From Polyangiaceae bacterium (GTDB taxonomy: Bacteria; Myxococcota_A; Polyangia; Polyangiales; Polyangiaceae), in assembly GCA_050287085.1 (NCBI GenBank), contig JBNKBE010000004.1:96288-160287 (forward strand): DNA of 64,000 nt, read 5' to 3'. Numbering within the stretch: the first letter of the stretch is position 1; each line of letters starts with the position of its first letter. This document shows, piece after piece, positions 1 to 8,224 of the stretch. A model generated the notes under the pieces. The model had not been told where the DNA came from. It made no database searches and saw only the letters and a list, made by a program, of their open reading frames with translations. The position numbers were made by a program, and so were the translations under genes.

Positions 1-108
1 AGCGCCCGATCGGCAGGTCCGTCCCGCGCAGTCCATCGCCCCGGCGCGCGGCACTCCGTCCCGATTCGGCTAGGCACGCCTCTGCCCCGCAGCTAGCATC
101 GGACAACA

Positions 109-861
109 ATGCGGCCTTTGATCTTGCTTTCGAACGACGACGGCTACAGCGCCTTGGGGCTGCAAACGCTGAGAGCCGCCCTGCGGGAGGCGTTTGATGT
201 CGTGGTGTGTGCGCCGCGCACTGAGCAGAGTTCGATGAGTCACTCGATCAGCTTGCACCGACCACTTCGCTTGATTGAGCATGAGCCTGGGTTGTTCAGC
301 GTCGACGGTACCCCTGCCGACTGCGTGTACGTGGGCATGATGGCCAAGGGGCGGATTGTCCCCAGGCGGCCGGACCTCGTCGTTTCGGGCATCAACCACG
401 GTCTCAATCTCGGCAACGACGTCTTCTATAGTGGAACCGTGGCGGCGGCGCGCGAAGGCGCGTTGCGTGGGGTTTCTGCGCTCGCGGCTTCCGCTACACA
501 AGATACCGATCTGGGGGCGGCCGCCGAGTGGGTCACGCGCGCTTGTGAGGTCTTGTTGGCGGCGCGCTCCGAGGGAGCCGCGCTGCTGAACGTCAACTTC
601 CCCGCGGGCGCGGTCTGGCCGGTCCAGGCAACACGTCTTGGCACCCGTAGTTATGAGGACGTCGTCCACTTTCGCACCGATCCACGTGGGGGGGAGTACC
701 TGTGGCTGGGTGGCAAGGGGGTTGTCAATTGCGACACCCCGGGGGCGGATACCGCCGCCCATGAGGCGGGGGCGGTCAGCGTCACCCCGCTCGCGCTCAA
801 GCTCGACGAAGCTGCGGGGAGCCCCCTGGCAGAGCAGTTGTGCCGGGCTCTGGCCGTCTGA
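109..861 (+). CDS. surE: 5'/3'-nucleotidase SurE
   Basis: ILLSNDDG N-terminal motif, GTPADCV, SGINHGLNLGNDVFYSGTVAAAREG. Confidence 0.97.
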   Translation: MRPLILLSNDDGYSALGLQTLRAALREAFDVVVCAPRTEQSSMSHSISLHRPLRLIEHEPGLFSVDGTPADCVYVGMMAKGRIVPRRPDLVVSGINHGLNLGNDVFYSGTVAAAREGALRGVSALAASATQDTDLGAAAEWVTRACEVLLAARSEGAALLNVNFPAGAVWPVQATRLGTRSYEDVVHFRTDPRGGEYLWLGGKGVVNCDTPGADTAAHEAGAVSVTPLALKLDEAAGSPLAEQLCRALAV

Positions 862-927
862 GGCGCGGGCCGGCGCGATCTGCCGCGTCTACCCGAGAGT
901 ACGGGTAGCTGGTAAAGGCATGGACCC

Positions 928-1581
928 ATGAAGCGAAAGCGCGCAACCAAAGCGGCGCCGGCGCGTCCCGCCCCAACGCCGCGCGGCGTTGGAGGCACCA
1001 AGCCTCACCCCGCTCCGGCGACGAAAACGAAGTCCAGCCCGGCCACGTGGGCCGCCTCTCCGTTGGAGTACTGCAAGGGGTTGATTCGGGATGTTCCGGA
1101 TTTTCCCAAACCAGGGATCTTGTTTCGGGATATCACGCCCTTGCTGGCCGACGCACGCGGCTTCACTTGGGCTATGGACGCGCTCAGTACGCGATTCGTC
1201 GGCGCTGGTATCGATGCGGTCGTCGGCATCGAGTCGCGCGGGTTTATCTTTGGCGCGGTGCTGGCCCAGCGCATTAACGCTGGTTTCGTGCCCGTGAGAA
1301 AACCTGGAAAGCTGCCTGCGGCTAAACATACGGTGGAGTACGAGCTCGAATATGGCAACGCCTCGCTCGACATCCATCGAGACGGGCTCAGCGCCGGCGC
1401 GCGCACGCTGATTGTCGACGATCTGCTGGCTACTGGAGGCACTGCGGCTGCCACGGCAGAGCTCGTCAGACGTGTCGGGGCGCGCGTCGAGGCGTTTGTT
1501 TTTGTGGTCGAGCTACTCGGCTTGGGGGGACGCGCAGCGCTGCAGGCTACGCCCACCTATTCCTTCATCACCTACGACTGA
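928..1581 (+). CDS. apt: Adenine phosphoribosyltransferase with basic, Pro/Ala/Lys-rich N-terminal extension
   Basis: IRDVPDFPKPGILFRDITPLL, GIESRGF, RKPGKLP, YELEYG, PRPP motif IVDDLLATGGT; start uncertain. Confidence 0.95.
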   Translation: MKRKRATKAAPARPAPTPRGVGGTKPHPAPATKTKSSPATWAASPLEYCKGLIRDVPDFPKPGILFRDITPLLADARGFTWAMDALSTRFVGAGIDAVVGIESRGFIFGAVLAQRINAGFVPVRKPGKLPAAKHTVEYELEYGNASLDIHRDGLSAGARTLIVDDLLATGGTAAATAELVRRVGARVEAFVFVVELLGLGGRAALQATPTYSFITYD

Positions 1582-1594
1582 CGACGGTCACCGG

Positions 1595-2797
1595 CTACTG
1601 GCGCGTCGGAAAGGCGATGCCGTCGGCCATGGGTGCGCCGGAGCACAGGGCCCATAGGCGGTCGAGCCCCAGCGCGTTGCCGGCACACGGCGGAAGGCCT
1701 TCCTCAAGCGCGGCCAGAAAGCCTTCGTCGACGGGGAGCGGAGGCAGTTGGCGCGCGCGTCGCGTAGCGACATCGCTTTCGAAGCGCGCGCGCTGGACCT
1801 GCGGGTCGCAGAGCTCGCCGTATCCGTTGCACAACTCGATCCCCCCGATCAGTAGCTCGAAGCGCTCCGCTACGGAGTCATTTTCCGGGTGCGCACGCGC
1901 GAGGGCGGCGTGGGCGATCGGAAACTCAACGACGAATAGCGGGCGTGGATAGGCACTCAGGGCAGGTTCGACGTGCTCTACCCAGAGGCGAAAGAAACGA
2001 GGGTCGTCTTCGGCCGCTAGTGCTGATGCGTCCTGCACTCCTGCAAACTCGCGCATGAGTTCGCCCACGGTCTTGCGCTCAAAGGGGCGGGTCAGGGCAA
2101 TCGGTCCGGCCGGCGTCGCCAGTTTGCCGTCTTGGGTCCGAGCGCCGCAGGCGCAAACGAGTTCTTCGGTCTCCAGGATGAGCGCCTCCATCTCAGCAAA
2201 GGCGCGATACCATTCGAGCAGGTGGAATTCCGGCTGGTGCCATGAGCCCGCCTCATCACCGCGAAAGCAGCGCGCGATCTCAAACAAACGGGGTATACCC
2301 CCGACCAGCAATCGCTTGAGGTGAAACTCCGGGGAGGTGATGAGATAACCCCCATCACAGGCGGTTGGGGTGATGTGGACGTCGGTCCCGGGTGCGGCTA
2401 CGCGCAGGGGCGTTTGCACCTCGATGAAGTCTCGCGCTCGGAAGAAGTCTCGAATACCTTCCAGGAACCTAGCTCGCGCCAGAAGCTGCTGCGCGATGCC
2501 GCGGGTCGCGAAGCGCTGAAATTGGCCTCCGGCGGCCATCGTGCCAGGAGCGCTCGAGAGCATACGCTTGAAGCGGAGAACGGCCGGATCTGTGTGCCGA
2601 TCGACGCGGACCTCGACCGAGACCAATGAGCCCGAACGAGCCTCGGGCACATCCCAGATGTGCACTTGAGCGAAGGCGTCCGCCACGAGCCATCGCCCGG
2701 GTTGCGCATCGACGATGCGACCACTCAGAACGAACTCTGGCTGCTGCCTGCCCAGAACCTTGCTGAGCCCCGCAGGCGTCACGCTCTCGCTAGCCAA
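1595..2797 (-). CDS. epmA: EF-P lysine aminoacylase EpmA/GenX (class II LysRS paralog) with N-terminal extension
   Basis: FIEVQTP, YLITSPEFHLKRLL, HQPEFHLLEWYR, ERFEL..GIELCNGYGEL, GLPPCAGNALGLDRL. Confidence 0.9.
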   Translation of the reverse strand: MASESVTPAGLSKVLGRQQPEFVLSGRIVDAQPGRWLVADAFAQVHIWDVPEARSGSLVSVEVRVDRHTDPAVLRFKRMLSSAPGTMAAGGQFQRFATRGIAQQLLARARFLEGIRDFFRARDFIEVQTPLRVAAPGTDVHITPTACDGGYLITSPEFHLKRLLVGGIPRLFEIARCFRGDEAGSWHQPEFHLLEWYRAFAEMEALILETEELVCACGARTQDGKLATPAGPIALTRPFERKTVGELMREFAGVQDASALAAEDDPRFFRLWVEHVEPALSAYPRPLFVVEFPIAHAALARAHPENDSVAERFELLIGGIELCNGYGELCDPQVQRARFESDVATRRARQLPPLPVDEGFLAALEEGLPPCAGNALGLDRLWALCSGAPMADGIAFPTRQ

Positions 2798-3044
2798 GTC
2801 CGCCCATCACGTCGCGCGCGAAGCGAACGAGTTCGGACCCCATCCAGGCCCCGCTGACGCCCAAGGCCACCACAACGGCGACAAATCGCGGAAGATGGGC
2901 GAGGGTGACGTCTTGCACCTGGGTCAGGGCCTGAAAGAAGGCCATGAGTAGACTTACTACACCCGCCGTGACCACCACTGGCAGCGATAACAACACGCTG
3001 AGCCAGAGCGCTTGCTGCATCAACGAAGCGAGATCGAGATCCAT
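2790..3044 (-). CDS. sctS: Type III export apparatus protein, FliQ/SctS(EscS) family
   Basis: 84 aa, two hydrophobic helices, FQALTQVQDVTLAHLPR matches the Q-x-x-T-Q-I-Q-E/D-x-T-L family motif. Confidence 0.88.
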   Translation of the reverse strand: MDLDLASLMQQALWLSVLLSLPVVVTAGVVSLLMAFFQALTQVQDVTLAHLPRFVAVVVALGVSGAWMGSELVRFARDVMGGLG

Positions 3045-3053
3045 GGCTCGTGT

Positions 3054-3623
3054 CTAGTTGCGGGCGTCGCCGCCTTGTCCTGGCGCTGACGCGCCGGCGT
3101 CGCTCAAGCTGGCGTCGAGTGAGCTGGCGTCACCGGCGGGAGGCTGGGAGCTGGCGTCGACTAAGCTGGCGTCGGTTAGGCTGGCGTCGCGGGCGGGCAG
3201 CTGGGCGCTGCTATCCCTCTGGGCGCTGCCGTCAGAGCTGGCTGGGGCCGTTGCCGAGTCGCCGCTTCGGTAGCGGTCTAAGTCGCGCAGTTCGCCGGGG
3301 CCGGCATCCAGCTGGGGCAAGTCTTGAGCACGGCACGCACCCAAGGACTGTCGGCCAGAGCTGCCGCGTGGGGGACAACAGACGGCACCCACTTCGGCCT
3401 CCGCACGCAGGGTGGACAGGGGGGTGCAAACCAGGCCGCTCTCGCAGTCGCCGTCGCCATTGAGTTCGTCGCAGCGTTCGCCTGCGGCCTGTTTCCCGCA
3501 TCCGAGCAGAAGGAACGCGGACAACACGCTCGGTACAAGACCTCTCCACGCCCGTTGCGCTGGCTTCTGTGTCACGTCTGCGGCTATCGAGGCCCGACGC
3601 GTCGCTCGTATCATGCCCATCAA
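3054..3623 (-). CDS. Hypothetical lipoprotein with a small Cys-rich domain and DAS-repeat tail
   Basis: Lipobox LLLGC, GERC..DGDCESGLVC..CCP, repeated DASL/DASS low-complexity C-terminus; fits the minus-strand gene run; start uncertain. Confidence 0.65.
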   Translation of the reverse strand: MMGMIRATRRASIAADVTQKPAQRAWRGLVPSVLSAFLLLGCGKQAAGERCDELNGDGDCESGLVCTPLSTLRAEAEVGAVCCPPRGSSGRQSLGACRAQDLPQLDAGPGELRDLDRYRSGDSATAPASSDGSAQRDSSAQLPARDASLTDASLVDASSQPPAGDASSLDASLSDAGASAPGQGGDARN

Positions 3624-3684
3624 CCGCCCCTACCAGTCGAGCTCAAAGCCGACAAGTCGCTTTTCCCGGCCTTCGAGCGGAGGC

Positions 3685-4302
3685 TCATTCGGAGGTGCTG
3701 CTCCGCTCTCGCGCTTCGAGCGCGCGGCCAAAGGACGAGACGTACTCGACGGCGCTCGTCAGAGAGAACACCAGGGAAATGTAGACGAGGGTGCGCCCAA
3801 CGGGCACCAAGTCGGCGATCCCCAGGTCGATGGGGCCCAAGGTGAAGTGGTAGGGGTAGCCAATGATGAGGCATAAGATCCCGGCCATCTGAAAGGCTGT
3901 CTTGAACTTCCCGCCGCGCGCTGAAGCGATCACCATTCCCTCGGTGCTGGCGATCGAACGAAGCCCGGTGATGGAAAGCTCGCGAGCGAGCAGGAGGACC
4001 ACCACCCATGCGTGCATGCGTCCGAGCCTCACCATCCAGACCAGCGTGGCCATGACCAGGAGCTTGTCGGCGAGGGGATCAAGAAACTTGCCGAGCACGC
4101 TCACGATGTTCATGCGGCGCGCCAGGTACCCATCAAGCAGGTCGGTCAGGGCCGCTGCGGCGTAGACAAGCGCTGCTAGGACACAGTCCTTGGGCTCGCC
4201 GCGCGCCAGCAGCCACAACACGATCGGGATGATGAGCACACGCCCGAACGTGAGCAGATTCGGCAGGTTTACTGCGTCACGCTTCAGACTGGAGGCACGC
4301 AT
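3685..4302 (-). CDS. pgsA: CDP-diacylglycerol--glycerol-3-phosphate 3-phosphatidyltransferase
   Basis: NLPNLLTFGR, TDLLDGYLAR..GKFLDPLADK CDP-alcohol motif; ATG at 4302 just after the hisB stop. Confidence 0.95.
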   Translation of the reverse strand: MRASSLKRDAVNLPNLLTFGRVLIIPIVLWLLARGEPKDCVLAALVYAAAALTDLLDGYLARRMNIVSVLGKFLDPLADKLLVMATLVWMVRLGRMHAWVVVLLLARELSITGLRSIASTEGMVIASARGGKFKTAFQMAGILCLIIGYPYHFTLGPIDLGIADLVPVGRTLVYISLVFSLTSAVEYVSSFGRALEARERSSTSE

Positions 4303-4304
4303 CG

Positions 4305-4895
4305 TCAATCGAGAGAGCCTTTGGTGGACGGAATGCCGCCCGACCGGGGATCGAGCTCGCTGGCCGCGCGCAGCGCCCGTGCGAACGCTTTGAACGTAAT
4401 TTCCATGATGTGGTGCAGGTTCTGCCCGTAGTGCTGTACCACGTGCAAGTTGGCGCCCAGACCGCGGGCCACCGCCTCGAAGAAGACCTCCGCCAGCTCC
4501 GTGTCGAAGGTGCCGACTTTGGCCTTGGGAAGATCGACCCGCCACACGAAGTACGGTCGCCCGGAAAGGTCGAGCGCTACGGTCACCAGGGCTTCGTCCA
4601 TCGGCAAAGTCGCTGACCCATAGCGCCGGATCCCGCGCCGGTCCCCGAGCGCCTCCAGCAGGGCTTTGCCGAGCACATAACCCACGTCCTCGGTGGTGTG
4701 GTGGCCGTCGATTTCAACGTCACCGCTGGCGCTTACCCTCAGATCGAGGAGTCCGTGCCGTGGCAACTGCTCCAGCATATGGGTCAGAAATGGGATGGGG
4801 GTCGAGATCAGACCTATTCCCGTCCCATCGAGGTCAACCTCGACGACGATGTCAGTCTCCGACGTCTGGCGATGGATTGTCGACTTCCGGGCCAC
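4305..4895 (-). CDS. hisB: Imidazoleglycerol-phosphate dehydratase
   Basis: RQTSETDI, HMLEQ, DGHHTTEDVG, PMDEAL, NLHHIMEITFKAFARAL, IPSTKG; GTG start with AGGAG upstream. Confidence 0.97.
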   Translation of the reverse strand: MARKSTIHRQTSETDIVVEVDLDGTGIGLISTPIPFLTHMLEQLPRHGLLDLRVSASGDVEIDGHHTTEDVGYVLGKALLEALGDRRGIRRYGSATLPMDEALVTVALDLSGRPYFVWRVDLPKAKVGTFDTELAEVFFEAVARGLGANLHVVQHYGQNLHHIMEITFKAFARALRAASELDPRSGGIPSTKGSLD

Positions 4896-5610
4896 CTTCA
4901 AGCTCCTCGATTCGCCACTGACCGCGCTCGCGGATCATCAATAGGGACGAGCCTGCGCCATAGCGGACCGTGGCTCGATCGCCAAGCTCTTCCACGTCCG
5001 CGAAAGGCAATGTTTCTTCCAACGACGAGACCAACGTATCCATCAGCGCCTTGAGCGGCCCATCCCAAGCGGCCTGCAGCGTGGCCGCGGAGAGCTCAGC
5101 TACCTCGCGGCGAGGGGCGAGGCGCAGCAAGATGTCGAAGCGGCGGGCTCGATAGGCGCGGATCAAGGTTTGGAGCGCCTTCTTGGGCGTCGCCTGACTG
5201 TAGAGATCGATCGCGTCGGACTCGGCCCGCCAGGCACCTTCCTCCCAAACCAACTCCAGCGTGTCCCCCCCCGGCGTCGTCAGGCGAGCGCGCAGGCTGC
5301 GGCTCTGCACTTCCTGTTCCAATTCTTGGGCGAGTTGATCTGCGGCTGCGCGATTCTCGTTCAGCATGCGGCGAAAGGCCGCGCGGCTGATGCCCTCTCG
5401 CGCTTCGTCGCTGAGCAGATCGTAGGCGCGGTCTGCGTCGCCGGCTCGCAGCGCGGCGGCGTATTGCTGGACGACGGCCTCTGGGCTTGCTGCAGGCGTA
5501 TTGGGGGTGCAGGCAACAAGCCAAAGCGCGAGGGTCAGCAAGCTCCGGCACCCCCAGCGCCAGACGTCCCAGCGCCAGGCCGACGCGCTCACCGCGACGC
5601 GCTGAGGCAC
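4852..5610 (-). CDS. Hypothetical lipoprotein (two NTF2-like-looking repeats)
   Basis: Lipobox WLVAC; repeated SPEAVV..Y/TPKKAL..Y and EEGAWR/ERGQWR segments; start approximate; 3' end overlaps the hisB start. Confidence 0.6.
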   Translation of the reverse strand: MPQRVAVSASAWRWDVWRWGCRSLLTLALWLVACTPNTPAASPEAVVQQYAAALRAGDADRAYDLLSDEAREGISRAAFRRMLNENRAAADQLAQELEQEVQSRSLRARLTTPGGDTLELVWEEGAWRAESDAIDLYSQATPKKALQTLIRAYRARRFDILLRLAPRREVAELSAATLQAAWDGPLKALMDTLVSSLEETLPFADVEELGDRATVRYGAGSSLLMIRERGQWRIEELEGGPEVDNPSPDVGD

Positions 5611-5842
5611 TGGACGCCGAGGTGTTGAACAGGGTGACCGGTCGTGAGTCCTGTGCCGAGGGCAACGCACGCGGCGGTCGTAGCACATTTGACGGGGCCG
5701 GCACACTCGCGATGTGGTTCTACCGCGCATGCGCCACGGACGGCGGCCGCGGCGAGTCGATCAGCGTCGGTGGCCGGAAGCGCTTGCGATAGCGTTTCCT
5801 GATGGGCGCGAACTCGCTTTCCAAGCTAAGGTCTCTCTCAGA

Positions 5843-8212
5843 ATGGGGTCAGGTTCTGAACCGAAGGTGGAGCGCGTGGGGATCCTTCCCTTGCGCAATT
5901 CCGTGCTTTTTCCGATGTCGGTGGTGCCCATCAACGTCGGACGTCCGCGCAGCGTCAGGCTTGTCGAGGAGCTGGCCGAGAAGGAGCGCGCCCTCGTGGG
6001 CGTGATCGCCCAGCGCTCGCAAGACACCGTAGAGCCCGCTTTTGACGACGTCTTTGAGGTCGGGACTCTTGCGCGCGTCGTCAAGGTGATTCGCCTCGGT
6101 CCGACGAACTACAGCGTCGTGCTCAACGGCCTGTCGCGTTTTCGTGTGCACAGGCCGGTCGGACTTGAGCCCTATATGCAGGCGGAAGTGACGCGGATTC
6201 GAGAGCAGCGTCGCTCCTCGCCGGAGCTGGCGGCGCTGACGGAGCAGCTTCGGGAGCGCACGCGTGAAGTCTTGGAGCTCACGCCCGATCTGCCCAAAGA
6301 AACCGCCGCGATCTTGCAGAACGTGGCCGAGCCCGGTGCGTTGGCAGATCTCATCGCGTCCAACTTCACCGAAGAGCAAGCTCCGGTCGCGGAGCGCCAG
6401 GCCGCGCTGGAAGCGATCGGGCTCGAGGCGCGGGCGCAGAAGGTCCTCACCTTGGTGCAGCGCCAGTTGAAGGTGTTGCACGCCCGTGAGGCGATCGCGA
6501 CGGAGATGTCGGACGACGCTGCGCTGTCGCAGCGAGAGTACGTGCTCCGTGAGCAGATGAAGGCGATCTTGGAGGAGCTTGGGGAGTCGGCGGAGGATGA
6601 CGAGGTCGATCAGCTGCGCGGGCGCATCATACGCGCGGACCTTCCAAAAGCCGCCCTTGAAGCGGCGCGTAAGCAATTGTCGCGACTGCGGGGCATGCAG
6701 CCACACTCCGCTGAATACGGTGTGGCTCGGAACTACGTCGAGTGGTTGGCCGAACTGCCTTGGTCGCGCACCACACCTGAGCACAATAGCGCGTCCGAAG
6801 TCCGGCGCTGTTTGGACGAAGACCATCACGGTCTCGAGACGGCGAAGAAGCGGATCGTCGAGTATTCTGCAGTACGGCAGCTCCGCCGCGACGGCCGCAG
6901 TCCAATCCTCCTTTTTGCCGGGCCTCCAGGCGTTGGGAAGACCTCCCTCGGGCGTTCCATCGCCCGAGCAACCGGGCGACGTCACGGTCGGATCTCCCTT
7001 GGAGGGGTGCGTGACGAAGCGGAGATTCGAGGGCACCGCCGGACGTATGTGGGAGCACTACCGGGTCGAATTATTCAAGTTCTCAAGAAACTAGGAACTA
7101 GAAATCCCATCATCGTGCTCGACGAGATCGACAAGTTGGCGTCCGATATGCGGGGTGATCCGGCGTCGGCGTTGCTGGAGGCGCTCGACCCGGCACAGAA
7201 CAACACGTTTGTCGATCACTACCTGGGAGTCCCCTTCGACCTATCCCAGGTTATCTTCCTTGCTACCGCTAACGACGTCGGCCGGATCCCTTGGGCGCTC
7301 CGCGACCGCATGGAGTTGATCGAGGTGCCGGGCTACACCCGCGACGAAAAGCTGTCCATTGCGGAGCAGTTCTTGGTGCCCAAGCAGCTGCGTGAGCATG
7401 GCCTGACGGAAGACGCGCTCGTGTTTCAGGTGGAGGGGCTCGAGGTGATCGTTGACGAATACACGCGGGAGGCCGGCGTCCGCAATCTGGAGCGCCGAAT
7501 CGCCGAGGTCTGTCGTGCGGTAGCTGTGAGATTGGTGGAGTCCTCGGACGGGGTGACGACCGCGGAGCAGGCGGACGCGGCTTTCGTGCGCGCCACGCTC
7601 GGCGTGCGGAAGTACAGCGCTGAGGTCGTTGAAGAACGTCTAGCGCCGGGGGTTGCGACCGGGCTGTCGGCGTCTGCTGCGGGGGGAGACTTGTTGTTGA
7701 TCGAGGTGTCGCGTATGCCGGGGAAGGGCGACATTCGCTTCACCGGTTCACTGCCTCAGGTGATGAAAGAGTCTGCCCACACCGCTGTGAGTTTCGTGCG
7801 CTCGCATGCCGAAGAGCTTCGCCTCGATCCGGAATGGCTCCGCGAGATCGATCTCCACCTGCATATTCCTCGTGCCAGGGCGGCGCGGGATGCGGCGGGC
7901 GCGAGCGTGCCCATGTTCGTAGCCGTGGTCAGCCAGCTGCTAGGGGTGGCGACGCGGCCGGACGTGGCGGTGACGGGTGAACTTACTCTGCGAGGACGCG
8001 TATTGCCGATCGGGGACGTGAAGGCCAAAGTGTTGGCGGCCCACCGCGCCGGGATTCGCCGTATTCTGCTTCCCGAGCGGAACCAGCCCGATCTTGCCGA
8101 TGTACCACCCCAGGTGGCGGCCGAGATGGATATTCAGCTGATTGGGCACGCGCGGGACGTATTGCCTTGGGTGTTTGAGGGCGAGCCGCCCACGTCGGCT
8201 CCGGGCGCGTAG
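5843..8212 (+). CDS. lon: Lon (endopeptidase La) family AAA+ protein with degenerate protease active site
   Basis: LON N-domain (LPLRNSVLFP), Walker A GPPGVGKTS, RGHRRTYVGALPG, Walker B VLDEIDK, TGELTLRG; catalytic KDGPSAG motif reads RDAAGAS. Confidence 0.93.
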   Translation: MGSGSEPKVERVGILPLRNSVLFPMSVVPINVGRPRSVRLVEELAEKERALVGVIAQRSQDTVEPAFDDVFEVGTLARVVKVIRLGPTNYSVVLNGLSRFRVHRPVGLEPYMQAEVTRIREQRRSSPELAALTEQLRERTREVLELTPDLPKETAAILQNVAEPGALADLIASNFTEEQAPVAERQAALEAIGLEARAQKVLTLVQRQLKVLHAREAIATEMSDDAALSQREYVLREQMKAILEELGESAEDDEVDQLRGRIIRADLPKAALEAARKQLSRLRGMQPHSAEYGVARNYVEWLAELPWSRTTPEHNSASEVRRCLDEDHHGLETAKKRIVEYSAVRQLRRDGRSPILLFAGPPGVGKTSLGRSIARATGRRHGRISLGGVRDEAEIRGHRRTYVGALPGRIIQVLKKLGTRNPIIVLDEIDKLASDMRGDPASALLEALDPAQNNTFVDHYLGVPFDLSQVIFLATANDVGRIPWALRDRMELIEVPGYTRDEKLSIAEQFLVPKQLREHGLTEDALVFQVEGLEVIVDEYTREAGVRNLERRIAEVCRAVAVRLVESSDGVTTAEQADAAFVRATLGVRKYSAEVVEERLAPGVATGLSASAAGGDLLLIEVSRMPGKGDIRFTGSLPQVMKESAHTAVSFVRSHAEELRLDPEWLREIDLHLHIPRARAARDAAGASVPMFVAVVSQLLGVATRPDVAVTGELTLRGRVLPIGDVKAKVLAAHRAGIRRILLPERNQPDLADVPPQVAAEMDIQLIGHARDVLPWVFEGEPPTSAPGA

Positions 8213-8224
8213 CGGCGTCCGTCC

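Noticed and set aside
3685..4545. Long N-terminal extensions of ORF calls (pgsA; likewise fabI 32081, rpsA 22039, yajQ 63975, mltG 56335)
   Set aside because: The extensions overlap neighbouring genes or intergenic DNA and lack family similarity; downstream starts were chosen.
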